This document shows positions 38,765-48,706 of a stretch of 64,000 nucleotides of DNA, piece after piece. The stretch comes from Spirochaetia bacterium. Its GTDB lineage: Bacteria; Spirochaetota; Spirochaetia; SZUA-6; Bin103. Both the position numbers and the translations under genes were made by a program. The notes below the pieces were generated by a model. The model saw only the letters and a list, made by a program, of their open reading frames with translations, had not been told where the DNA came from and did no database searches. Numbering within the stretch: the first letter of the stretch is position 1; each line of letters begins with the position of its first letter. Where the stretch lies: positions 768,479 through 832,478 of the forward strand of contig CBDAOI010000003.1 in assembly GCA_965198005.1 (NCBI GenBank), in the 5' to 3' direction.

Positions 38765-39561
38765 TTAGTCGTGGAGTTCATCGGTAACGATGTTGGTGGA
38801 GTCGATGATGCTGATGTCGTTGACGACGGCGTGGAGGATGGAACGATAGCAGACGGCGTTGACCAAGCGCGGCACGCCGCCGGCGTGGCGGTGAATGTCA
38901 GCTTTGGCATCATCGGCGAAGATCGAGGCAGGGCGGCCACAGCGGACGGTGTGGTGGTCGATGTAGCGACAGGTCTCCTCCAGAGCCATGGCCGGCATGT
39001 GATAGGAGATACGGATGCGCTGGCGCAAGGAAGCGAAGGAAACATATCTGAGCAACTCGCGCAGCTCGGGTTGGCCGGCGAGGACGAAGGTGATGGAGTT
39101 TTTGGTGTCGAAGGCAAAGTTGACCATGTTCTTGATGGCCGCCAGGGCGGTGGGGGCGAGGTCCTGGGCATCGTCGAGGATAATCAGTGGTTTCTTGGTC
39201 TGCTCGGGGATGGTCTTGAAGAACAGCTGCCTGGCCTGGCCGGCGAAGAAGGGCGGGTCGATCTTCATCTCATTGAGGATTGCCTTGTAGAGCTGGGCTT
39301 CCGAGAGGCCGGCGCCGCGGACATAGAGGGGGCGGTAGCGGTTGCCGTCGAGTTCGCTAACGAAAGCGGCGAGGGCGACCGACTTGCCGGAGCCGATGGG
39401 GCCGGTGAGGAGCAGGAGATCCTCGTCAGCAACCCCGAAGGAAAGGCGGGAGAGCGCCTCCTGATGGGCGGCGGAGGGGAAGGTATCGGCAGGGCCGAGG
39501 TGTTTGCCGAACGGCAGCCGAGAAAAGCCGAAGAAGGCGAGGACTTGATCATGCATCTGCA
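38765..39561 (-). CDS. Second, divergent TniB/ExeA-like AAA_22 ATPase.
   Basis: Motifs: LLLLTGPIGSGKSVAL (Walker A), LIILDDAQDL (Walker B), VLAGQPEL. The likely start is MQMHDQVLAFFG. The long N-terminal extension of the ORF track is GC-rich run-on. Confidence 0.65.
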
Positions 39562-40310
39562 TCGTGGTGCTCCTGGTCGTTGGTACGGAACTGAGCGAAC
39601 GAAGTCTGGTTGCGGTCGCGGAGCTGGGCGTGGTGCTGCTCGCGCAGGCGGGTGAAGTAGTCACGCGCGGCGGCCGACACCTCAGGCGGCTTGGCGGGGG
39701 ACTCCTCGGGGACCGCCGGCACTTGTGTGGAGACCTGTTTGGAAGCGCTGGTGGTCTCCAGCCGGCCGCCGCCGGGGACGTAGATGGCCAGCTGGGCGAG
39801 GTCGTAGGGGTCGAAGCGGACCTCGACGACGCTGCCATGAGGAACGGCGGTGACAGGGTATTGGTTGCCGTGCAGCTTGATCCTGCCGTACTTGCTGACG
39901 GTGCGCCGTTCGCGCCACAGGAACAGGGCGTTGAAGGTCTCCAGATCGGTGATGCGGCGGTGGTCGGCGGGCAGCCCGTCGCGGAAACGTGCATCGGGAC
40001 TCTGGCCGGTGGCTGAGTGGACGCGGACGTTGTATTCGAGATCCATCCAGGCCCAGAAGGCGGAGTTCAGTTCATCGAGAGTACGCATCCCGGCGACTTG
40101 AGCCTCGCGTTGGAACTGGTTCTTGATGATCTTGTTGGCGGCCTCGACCTTGCCCTTGCAATAACTTTGATAGGGCGGGTGGCGCACTCGTTTGACCTGT
40201 AACTCGACCAGGATGGCGAGCATGTGGCGTGAGATGTAAACTTTTCCGTTGTCGACATAGCACCGAGCCGGCACGCCGTAGCGCAGAACGCAATAGCGGA
40301 AGCTGTCCAT
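39549..40310 (-). pseudogene. C-terminal fragment of a second Mu/TniA-like DDE transposase. The N-terminus is absent.
   Basis: …YVDNGKVYISRHM…HPPYQSYCKGKVEAANK is the rve-core C-terminus. There is no upstream coding continuation beyond 40310. Confidence 0.6.
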
Positions 40311-40789
40311 CAGGGCGGGCAGCTTCTCGTCGAAATAGTACTTGCCGAACAGGATTTTGCGGGAGAAGTCGTTGTCAGCGCCCGCGCTCTGGTAGTGGAA
40401 ACTGGATAGAATTCTCGCTTTGCTGTAGGTGAGACTGAGCAGAGAGAAGAAGGGAGACCGGGAATCAGTGGTTGGACCCCACCCGGTCTCCCCTCAACCA
40501 GTACGATACTCATACTTGATATAGCCCAGGAAAGCTACCACTTCGCTGAGCTCCGAGATAGCTGGCAGCGCGTACTCCAGGGGCTGGGGTGTCCGGCGTG
40601 CGGCAGCACCCGATTGGGGCATCACAGCAGCTACGAGAAGTACCTGTACGAGCAGCCGCTAGCGATTCTGCGGCTGCGCTGCTGGGGGTGTGGGCGCACC
40701 CATGCCGTGATCCCCTCCTGGTCGCTGCCGGACACCTCGGTGGGTACCGCAGAGGTAGAGCGCTACCTGATAGATCGCGAGCGCGGCGC

Positions 40790-40914
40790 CAGCCGCCCCC
40801 GATGAGGCCGACAGCTTGAGCGGACCAGAGGTCGCGCACCAACCACTGGGGGGCGTCGCGCTGGGGATCGATAGCATGGACGGGAACGGTGGGCAGCGCA
40901 GTGGTCATGGCCAT
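40790..40914 (-). pseudogene. N-terminal ~40-aa relic of the AAA_25 ATPase.
   Basis: MAMTTALPTVPVHAIDPQRDAPQWLVRDLWSAQAVGLIGG matches MAMTKPLPTVPVHAIDPQSDTPQWLVHDLWTAAAVGAIGG at 16332-17273 and then diverges. Confidence 0.7.
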
Positions 40915-41291
40915 AACGACTTGCGGGCCGCGATCACGTCACCGGTACTGACGGTGGTGGCGGAGGTCTTGGCGGCGTACTGCAGCGCCGCCAGGGCCAA
41001 GCGGTCGATGGCGCGCAGGTTGCCGCGGCTCATTTCGAAGATGGTTTCCTGTGCATCGCCGTCGAAGGGATTGGTGCGAGCGCCGGCGAGGGTGCAGCGA
41101 TGCTCGACGTAGGCGCGGGTCTCATCCCGGGAGAGCAGGCGCAACTCGGCGTAATGCGCCAAGCGGTGCGCGATGGCGGCTTGGTCAGGACGCCGCAGGA
41201 GCTGTCTGAGGGGTGGCTGACCGGCCAGCACCAGGGACACGACCAGGCGACTGTCCATTTCGAAGTTCGTGAGATATGCCGCTAGCGGCAT
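40905..41291 (-). pseudogene. tniB: C-terminal 128-aa fragment of tniB (paralogue of 17264-18067).
   Basis: …LTNFEMDSRLVVSLVLAGQP…AHRLAHYAELRLLSRDET…AARKSLWP is collinear with the first tniB C-terminus. The Walker A and B region is missing. Confidence 0.7.
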
Positions 41292-41401
41292 ATTGACCCT
41301 ATGCCGACCGCCCGATTATGCCGCGTGGTGGAGCACGGGCGGGTATTCCGTGTGTTCCAGCAGGTGCAACGGCGGTGAACGCGCCGTGAGGGTCGGCATA
41401 A

Positions 41402-42392
41402 TTACAGGGCTTCCAGGAAGGCGAGGAGCGCGTCGGGGGGACGATAGCGCCCGGGAGTGGTGTGAGCCGGAGCAGTTTTCGCCAGGGCGCGTTCCTTGAG
41501 TCCGAGGTGGGCATGGAGATAGACCTGTGTCGTCTGGACGCTCTCGTGGCCGAGCCACAGTGCGATCACGGAAGTGTCAATGCCCGCCTCCAGGAGCCGC
41601 ATCGCCGCAGTGTGGCGCAGTACATGTGGTGAGACCCTTTTGGCGCCCAGGGACGGGCACGCGAGCGCGGCGACGCGGGTGTGCTTGGCCAGCAGACGCT
41701 CGACCGCATCACGGCTGAGTGGTCGACTGAGCTGGCTGGGAAACAGCGCGGCGTGCGGGTCACCAGCGAGTTCGCGGAGCCACACTTGGAGCACTGCTAC
41801 AGTCTGGACGGTGAGCGGGGTGACGCGATCTTTGCGTCCTTTGCCGTGGCAGCGTACGTGAGCGCCACGGTCCAGACGGACGTCACAGCCGCGCAGGCCG
41901 ACCAGTTCGGAAACGCGCAGGCCGGTCTGCACAGCCAGGACAAGCAACGCATGGTCGCGCCGACCGATGCGCGTAGTACGATCGGGGGCTGCGAGCAACG
42001 CATCGACCTCAGTTGGGGTCAGAAAGCTCACTTCGGTGCGATGCTGTCGCTTCGCCGGGATCGCGAGCACCCGCTGGATCATGTGGGCGTGATCGGGGTG
42101 ACGCAGCTCGGCGAAGCGAAACAGGGAATGAATCGCGACCAGACGGGCGTTCCTGGTGCGCGCGCTGTTGCCACGGTCATGTTCGAGATGATTGAGGAAC
42201 GCGTCGATGACGGCCACGTCCAGATCGATGAGAAGCAACTGCGACGGCGGCTTGCCGAGCCGCGCAGTAGTGAACGCGAGCAGCAGCCGAAAGGTGTCAC
42301 GGTAGGCAGCTACCGTGTGCGGGCTGGCCTGACGTTCGCCGAGCAAGCGCTGGGTGAAGAACGTCTGGAGAGTAGGTGCCAGGGTGCTCATG
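41402..42392 (-). CDS. Tyrosine recombinase, RitC-like.
   Basis: …VSPHVLRHTAAMRLLEAGIDTSVIALWLGHESVQTTQVYLHA is a catalytic C-terminus. Its architecture matches ritC at 18892-19920. The probable start is MSTLAPTLQ. The flanking region 41283-41401 carries TATGCCGA repeats and the palindrome ATATGCCGCTAGCGGCATAT. Confidence 0.7.
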
Positions 42393-42867
42393 TCATTTCT
42401 CCCCAGGCCTGTTCGACACCGAGTCGCTGGGCGGCCACCGTCAGCAACTCGGGAACGGCCTGCAGATACCAATAGGTGGAAGCCGGATGGCTATGGCCGA
42501 GATACGCCGCCAGCGCTGGCAGCTTGGCAGCCACGTCGACGCCATCGCGATACCAGCCGAGCAGCGTGTTGATGGCGAAGCTGTGACGTAACCCATGCAG
42601 CCGGGGACGACATGATAGCGAGCGTGGTTGGATGCCGACCTCGTTCGCCAAGTCCACAAACACCTTGCGGACGACGGGATAGAGCAGCGGGGTTCCAGCG
42701 GCTGAGACAAAGAAGCTTGCTGCCTTGGGCTTCGGACAGAGCCGATCTCGCTCCTGCGTGTAGGTAGCCAGAGCGTCGCTGGTCGAAGGATGCAACGGCA
42801 GGAGACGGGACTTGTTGAACTTGCTCTGACGTACGTTCAGCAGGCGGTGACCGCTCCAGCCTTGCAT
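42388..42867 (-). pseudogene. C-terminal catalytic fragment of a RitB-like tyrosine recombinase.
   Basis: …LHGLRHSFAINTLLGWYRDGVDVAAKLPALAAYLGHSHPASTYWYLQAVPE parallels the ritB C-terminus. The N-terminal half is absent. Confidence 0.65.
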
Positions 42868-43277
42868 CGCACCAGGCTTCGGCGCTAACGTACTCCTCGC
42901 TGGTGTGCCCCGATTGGTATCGAAGTTGCACCGGCCACGGCCCGGCGGGCCTGAGACCCGCGCGGGCCACTTTTCTCCTCGCTGGTTATGGATTATGCTC
43001 CCAAAGAGATAACCCGGTCAGGAGGGGTATCGGGAACCGTCCGCTGAGCCGTGTATTCTGCGGCCCCGGCACCTGTGAGAGTGCCCCTGCGTTTGTCGCT
43101 GCTGGTCGGCTGTACGCTGCCCGCGCAGAAGTCGTAGGCCGACAAATGATGGACCATGGTCATAATCCATGGCCGGCATCCGGGTACACCGGGCCACGCA
43201 CATGAGCCGATCCGCCGCCGCGTTAATCACGATGACCTCTGATCGCCTGAGGAACTGCTGGCGCGAACCCGACCGCG

Positions 43278-44921
43278 CTACGCGGCCGGAGCAGAGCGGT
43301 AGCTGGCACAGCGCGGGTCGCGCCGTCGGTTATGGACGGTGCAGCGCAAACGCAAATTGACCATGTCGTTATTGCCGCCCTGCGCCACCGGCACGATGTG
43401 GTCGATCTGCACCAGGTGGGTCGACCCGCAGGTCACGCCGGTGAGCGGGTCCTGGTAGCAGCAAGCCCCACCGTCCCTTCGCCACACCGCACGTCGCACC
43501 GCCTCTGGAATGTGCCGCCTCCCCCGGCGCGCGCGGGCGGATTCGGGTGCTGGCGGGCGCGACGCCGTGCGATCTCCGGACAGCCGCGCTCGCACACCGG
43601 AGTGCAACTCGGCGGCCGTCCGGGAAGGCCCCTTCCCTGCCCGCGGCGCCTGCTGGTTCTGCGCCGAACTCGGAGTGCCGCGGCGAACCTGCTCGCTTCC
43701 CGGGGTCGCTACTGTCTGCGCTTGCCGGTTCGGCGCCGAACCGCGGGCAGGTGCGACGCTGGAGTCGGCCGCAACAGGACCGGGCGCAGGAGAGCTGGCA
43801 GCGACCGAGCCGGCGTGGCGCGGAGTCCGAGCACCACTCCGATCCGCTGCCCGCGGCGCTTGTTGGTCCTGCGCCGAACTGCCACCGCGTGCGCCCGCGG
43901 TGCCGGCGGCGACCGGACCGCGTGTGGGAAAGCCGCCATCAACCGAGCCGGCGTGGCGCGAAGTCCGATCGCCACTCCGGTCCGGGACCCGCGGCGCCTG
44001 TTGGTTCTGCGCCGAACTGCCGGCAAGTGCGACGCCGGGGCCGGCGGCGACCGGAGCGGGTGCGGGGCTGCCAGCAACCGGACCCGCGGCAACCGAACTG
44101 CGGGCAGCCGCGGTCGCGGGCACCCCCTCGCCAGGCACACTAGTGGCGCAGGTCGACGAGCCGGCCTCGGGCGTAGCCGCGCCCACCGCACCTCCGGCGA
44201 CCCGGCGTTTGCCGGTGCCGCCGCGTTCCTGCTCGCACGTTTCGGCGGGCCGCGTCGGCACCGCCGCCCCCCGCTTGGCCCGGCCCCGCTCCCGCATCGG
44301 GTCGTACTTCCGCTCCGCCTGCTGCAGCAGGTAGGCGAGCAGTTGCCCGGTGGTGAAGCGCGGGTTCACGTGCGACAGCCAGCCCTTCAGCTTGGCGATG
44401 GTGTCTATACTGCTCTGGTCCAGGATCACCCGCACCGCGTAGCGGCCGCCGCCGAGGGCGCGCTGCTGCTCTCGCGGCAGGCCCAGCTCGGGCTCCAGTT
44501 CCGCCAGCAGCTTCTCGGTCTCACGGGCCGACTTGTTGGCGACCAGATCGACCAGTTCGACCTTCTGGTCCCGGGTCCATGCCGGTGGTGGTTCCGTCGC
44601 GGGCGGCGGCGGCGCAGACTCGCGGGCCGCACCCGGGGGCGGCGACGCAGCGGCCGACGCCAACGCCGCCGGGGATGCGGCCGCGGCCTTCCCGGCTGCG
44701 GCCGCGGTTTCCGCCTCCGGCGACGTCGCCGGCCCTGGCGCCAGCGCTGCGGCAGGCGCGACTTCCTGGGTTCCCGCGACTTCCGTCTGCGCCGGGTGCA
44801 CCCCTCCAGCCGACGACTCCCCGGCGCCCACACTTACAGCGCCCGTCGCCGACACGCTCGCCGACTCACGGACGGCCTTACGGGCCGCTTTCCGCGCACG
44901 CTTTTCAATCGCGTTCTGCAA
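43278..44921 (-). CDS. HNH endonuclease domain protein with an internal low-complexity tandem-repeat linker.
   Basis: C-terminus: …CCYQDPLTGVTCGSTHLVQIDHIVPVAQGGNNDMVNLRLRCTVHN is an HNH motif. The middle carries ~3 copies of a ~50-aa unit (SSAQNQQAPRxxDRSGxRTxRHAGSV…). A structured N-terminal region sits around KLKGWLSHVNPRFTTGQLLAYLLQ. Confidence 0.6.
   Translation of the reverse strand: MQNAIEKRARKAARKAVRESASVSATGAVSVGAGESSAGGVHPAQTEVAGTQEVAPAAALAPGPATSPEAETAAAAGKAAAASPAALASAAASPPPGAARESAPPPPATEPPPAWTRDQKVELVDLVANKSARETEKLLAELEPELGLPREQQRALGGGRYAVRVILDQSSIDTIAKLKGWLSHVNPRFTTGQLLAYLLQQAERKYDPMRERGRAKRGAAVPTRPAETCEQERGGTGKRRVAGGAVGAATPEAGSSTCATSVPGEGVPATAAARSSVAAGPVAGSPAPAPVAAGPGVALAGSSAQNQQAPRVPDRSGDRTSRHAGSVDGGFPTRGPVAAGTAGARGGSSAQDQQAPRAADRSGARTPRHAGSVAASSPAPGPVAADSSVAPARGSAPNRQAQTVATPGSEQVRRGTPSSAQNQQAPRAGKGPSRTAAELHSGVRARLSGDRTASRPPAPESARARRGRRHIPEAVRRAVWRRDGGACCYQDPLTGVTCGSTHLVQIDHIVPVAQGGNNDMVNLRLRCTVHNRRRDPRCASYRSAPAA
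43590..44060. repeat. ~150-bp coding tandem repeats (about 3 copies) within the HNH gene.
   Basis: Units such as CTGTTGGTTCTGCGCCGAACT…GCCGGCGTGGCGCG…CACTCCG recur in register on the DNA. Confidence 0.6.
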
Positions 44922-45059
44922 CTGACTCGCGGTGACACCGCGTCAGCACCGCTCCTCCCGCTCGCGTCCGGTGAGGGCTGGCGGCGTGGCGCCGTCGTCG
45001 GGAGTGAAAGCCGGTGTTACCGGCGCAAGCAAGAAACGGGCCACGGGTCGCAGACCCGA

Positions 45060-45320
45060 GATCCGATCATTGGCCTGTTGATCGCGCTGGCGGTCGGCAT
45101 CTACTCGGCGGTGCGCCAGGACACGTTGGGCGATTACGCTGGCCGCAGCGTCGCCATCTTCGGGTTGGCCACGCCCAACTTCTGGCTGGCCCTCATGGTC
45201 CTGATCTTTCCCGGCATCTGGTGGGGCTGGGCGCCCCCGCTGCGATTGTTTGACTTCAGCGAGGATCCGCTGGCCCACATCGGCGCGTTCCTCATCCCCG
45301 GGCGGATCCTGGGTACGAGC
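45060..45320 (+). pseudogene. Internal fragment (~90 aa) of a DppB-type permease truncated at the group II intron boundary.
   Basis: …IGLLIALAVGIYSAVRQDTLGDYAGRSVAIFGLATPNFWLALMVLIFPGIWWGWAPPLRLFDFSEDPLAHIGAFLIPGRILGT matches residues ~125-215 of 50617-51579 and then breaks off. Confidence 0.75.
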
Positions 45321-47226
45321 GCCAGGCTAACTGGCATATGACAGAGGGTGAAAGTCCCTCGGAACGAAGGAGCAGCCAATCCACGTTTCTCCGCGAGCCG
45401 TGCGTTGGCACCTGCGAGGGTGCAGGCGAAGCGTCGGCAGCGGTGCGTGCGGGCAGAGTTATGGAGCGCCGCAAAATACGACATCTGGAGTGCCGAGACT
45501 CTGTACTCGGTCGAAGGCAACACCGGTCGAGCCAGTATGGTGAGGATCGACCGGGCTCCACGGCGTCGAAGAACTCAGGCACGTGCGTACGTCATATACC
45601 GGGACCTGGGAGGTCTTCGGGTCGTCCCGGCGAGTCGTCGCCGGGACCGCGGAGGGAAGGCGTGAGGCTGGACCAAAGATGAACGACCCGAAGGAGTCGG
45701 ACATGGGCATAGTAGCGGCGAAGCCGGCGAACAAGGGAGCGCAAGCGACTGCGGAGACGGTGGAGCGAAGGCCCATGACCAACGGGAATTCGCAAGGTCA
45801 AAGCACGGGCCGGACGCAGAGTCGGGCAACCGTGACACAGGCGGCCGAGCGGATACGGCAATTCGTAAAGAGAGAACCGCAGGAGAAACTCACTGCGCTG
45901 CTGCACCACGTGACGCCGGAAGCGCTGCGGGTGGCCTATTACGCGCTGAAGCGTGAAGCGGCCCCGGGGGTGGACGGGATGACGTGGCGGGAGTACGAGA
46001 CGGGGTTGGAAGTGCGCTTGCACGACCTGCACCGGAGAGTACACACAGGAGCGTACCGAGCGACCCCGGTACGGCGGGTCAACATCGACAAGCCGGACGG
46101 AGGCACACGACCGCTGGGGGTGGCCGCGCTGGAGGACAAGATCGTCCAGAAGGCCGTGGTGGATGTGATCCTGACACCGATCTATGAGGAGGAATTTCTC
46201 GGGATCAGCTATGGGTTTCGACCGGGGCGAGGGGCACACGATGCGTTGGACGCACTGGCCTACGCCATCGAACGGCGCAAAGTGAACTGGATATTGGACG
46301 CGGACATTCGCGGCTACTTCGATTCGATCTCGCGGGACTGGTTGATCAGATTCCTGGAGCATCGGATTGGAGATCGGCGGGTGCTGCGGCTGATAAAGAA
46401 GTGGCTGCGCGCTGGGGTACTGGAAGAAGGCCGACAGATCGACGCGGGGCGGGGTACAGCGCAAGGGTCGGTGATTTCACCGATGCTCGCGAATATATAC
46501 TTGCACTACGTGTTGGACCTGTGGGTCACCAAGAAGTGGCGGCCGCAGGAGGCGCGCGGAGACATGATCATAGTGCGCTACGCAGATGACTATGTCGCCG
46601 GGTTCGAGCATCGTGACGATGCGGAACGCTTCCTGCGGGAACTGAAGGAGCGATTCAGAGACTTCGAGCTGGAACTGAACGCCGACAAGACCCGACTCCT
46701 CGAGTTTGGACGGTATGCCGAAAGGAACCGCCGAGCACGTGGGGAAGGGCGACCGGAGACGTTCGACTTTCTGGGTTTCACGCATTATTGCAGGAAGGAC
46801 AGGAAAGGACGCTTCGGGCTGGGGCGGAAGCCAATTCGGAAGCGGATGAATCGTACGCTGAAGAGGATCAAGATCGAGCTCCGCAGACGAATGCATGATG
46901 ACGTGATGGAAACCGGGCGCTGGCTGGGACGGGTACTGCGCGGATGGCTCAACTACTACGCGGTACCCACCAGCTACCGCTACCTGCATCGATTCGTGTG
47001 GCGTCTGCGAGGAATCTGGGTAAAGATTCTACGCCGGAGGTCCCAGAAGGACCGATTCTCCTGGGCTTGGATGCTGGCAATCAGCATCGAGCTGTGGCCC
47101 CAACCCCGAATCGTACACCCATGGCCGGACCGGCGATTTGCCGTCAACCACCGAAGGTAGGAGCCGGATGGTTTAACGACCACGTCCGGATCTGTGCGGG
47201 GGGCGTCGGGTAACCGGCGTTCCTAC
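45320..47226 (+). mobile_element. Group II intron copy 2 (~1.9 kb, apparently full length) inserted in the permease relic.
   Basis: The same IEP as copy 1, domain V and a domain-VI-like region at 47163-47226, preceded by ~250 nt not shared with copy 1. Permease homology stops at ~45318. The exact 5' boundary is unresolved. No canonical GUGCG was seen at the junction. Confidence 0.6.
45775..47160 (+). CDS. Group II intron-encoded reverse transcriptase/maturase (intact).
   Basis: It has RT domains 0-7 (…LTALLHHVTPEALRVAYYALKREAAPGVDGMTWREYE…, YADDYV) plus a maturase X domain (…LRGWLNYYAVPTSYRYLHRFVW…). No endonuclease domain is present. The ORF can open upstream at a GTG (45583), but RT homology begins near MTNGNSQ. 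Confidence 0.8.
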   Translation: MTNGNSQGQSTGRTQSRATVTQAAERIRQFVKREPQEKLTALLHHVTPEALRVAYYALKREAAPGVDGMTWREYETGLEVRLHDLHRRVHTGAYRATPVRRVNIDKPDGGTRPLGVAALEDKIVQKAVVDVILTPIYEEEFLGISYGFRPGRGAHDALDALAYAIERRKVNWILDADIRGYFDSISRDWLIRFLEHRIGDRRVLRLIKKWLRAGVLEEGRQIDAGRGTAQGSVISPMLANIYLHYVLDLWVTKKWRPQEARGDMIIVRYADDYVAGFEHRDDAERFLRELKERFRDFELELNADKTRLLEFGRYAERNRRARGEGRPETFDFLGFTHYCRKDRKGRFGLGRKPIRKRMNRTLKRIKIELRRRMHDDVMETGRWLGRVLRGWLNYYAVPTSYRYLHRFVWRLRGIWVKILRRRSQKDRFSWAWMLAISIELWPQPRIVHPWPDRRFAVNHRR

Positions 47227-48281
47227 CGCGCCCTCCCTGGGTTTGGAAGGCCGTCAGGGGGCCGCTATGAGGCCGACTCGGACGCCGAGCGGCCCGCTGC
47301 CGGCCAATCGGCCGTGAATGCCGGCCCTGGAGGGGTCCGAGTGCCGAGATCGTCGCCGCGGCGGCGCTCGTGCTGCCGCTCCTGTCCGAGCAGCCTCGAG
47401 CGCCGCGATGGCCGCAGCAACGGCCCATTCCCCCCGCGCGCGGCGACTGACGGAGCGGCGGCTTGACGCCCGAGGAGGTCTGCCGTCGCTAGTAGCTGGT
47501 CCTGGAGGTGGCTGCGACCCGACCAGGCTGGGCTGCGGGCGGTGGCGGCGCGGTCAATACGGAGCCAGCGGTTGCCGGGAATCGGCGTTGACGGGTGTTG
47601 CAGGGGGTACCCCAGGCTTACCCCCGAGGGGCTGGAAGGCCCTCAGCGGGCCGCTGTGAGGCCGACGTGGACGGTGAACGGCCTGCGGACGGCCACATCG
47701 CCGGCGAATGACGGCTCCGGAGGGGCGATGCGCCCGAGTCGGCGCCGCGAGGGGCTCTCGGCTGCCGCGGCTGCCCGAACGAAATCTCAAGAAACCTTCA
47801 ATTCGCCAGTTTTTTCCTGTTGATTTGTGCCGCAGGGGTGGCATACTGAAAGTCTCAGGTTTGAACGGATGCAAAAGATGGCTGAAAACACTACTCAGAG
47901 CTGCCACCGGTTAGGGGCAGCGCAACCGGCGCGTCCTACCCTTGCCCATCCCCCCCTCCCCGGAAATCCTTTCGCGGCGGGGGTTGGCAAATGGTGGGGC
48001 CCCCTCCAGACTGTCTCTTCAGGCCATCGACTGCCGTTCACCGAGAATTGCTGGGCCGATTCGTGGTTGGCGTCCACCGGAGCGGAGGTTATGATAGGGT
48101 GGGATGCAGTCAATCGCGACATCGCGACTACATCTGGGTCTGGGTATAGCTGTGCCTCACCTGCGGAGGGCTTGAGTGACCTATAACACGTCAACGCTTA
48201 TGACACTCTGTTCCCCTGACAGCCGCTCGCCGAGATTTGCTGAAAATCAGCTCGCGGCGGGCTTGCTTAATGGTGAGGAGT

Positions 48282-48300
48282 CCCCCCCCCCCCCCCCCCC
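48282..48300. repeat. Homopolymeric tract, C x19.
   Basis: The run is read directly. It lies ~400 bp upstream of SBP C in a GC-rich non-coding region (47230-48700). Confidence 0.9.
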
Positions 48301-48706
48301 GCCAGCTGTTCAGATAGCCGAGAACCGCTGACCGCAGGGGCCGCGCGCCCTCTCCTTCGCCCACGATCGCGACCGTCCCGGACCCCCGTCCGGGGGCAAC
48401 TCGTTCCGAAACACACCCATCGCCGGCGTCGCCGGCCCAGCACACTCCCTGCGCACCGCCCCGCATCCCATGGTGTCACCCCGGACGGGCGGCGTTCGCA
48501 GTCGTACCAGGAGGAGCCCGCACTCGGATGCAGATCCTGACCGTATACGGATAGAGCGGATCCAGCCCGAGCGGCCCCCCGCCGACCTCGGCGCTCCCGC
48601 CTGCCGCCCTTCGCTTTCGGGTCGCCTGCAATGCAAGCCAGACCTCGGGAGTAGGCGAAGGACCGGCAGTGGCCCGAGTACTCCCAAACAACAGGAGATC
48701 TACACT

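Noticed and set aside
42984-43176. 10-bp inverted repeat ATGGATTATG / CATAATCCAT ~180 bp apart near the ritB relic
   Set aside because: It is too short to separate from chance in 64 kb, and no element-like content lies between the copies.
43332-45341. 669-aa plus-strand ORF overlapping the HNH gene and the permease fragment
   Set aside because: It is Arg/Gly/Pro run-on with no domain signature. It is the antisense or alternate frame of the HNH gene and only becomes meaningful in its last ~90 codons (the permease relic, called separately).
45338-45566. Possible cobalamin-riboswitch-like motif (…GGGTGAAAGTCCC…) upstream of the intron ORF
   Set aside because: There is only a short GGTGAAA-like match. 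The flanking conserved riboswitch elements are not evident, and the context fits group II intron 5' domains better.
47230-48700. ~1.4-kb GC-rich gap between intron copy 2 and SBP C, with many short ORFs on both strands
   Set aside because: No ORF has recognisable similarity or coding character. It is treated as non-coding apart from the poly-C tract. A structured RNA cannot be excluded without covariance-model searches.
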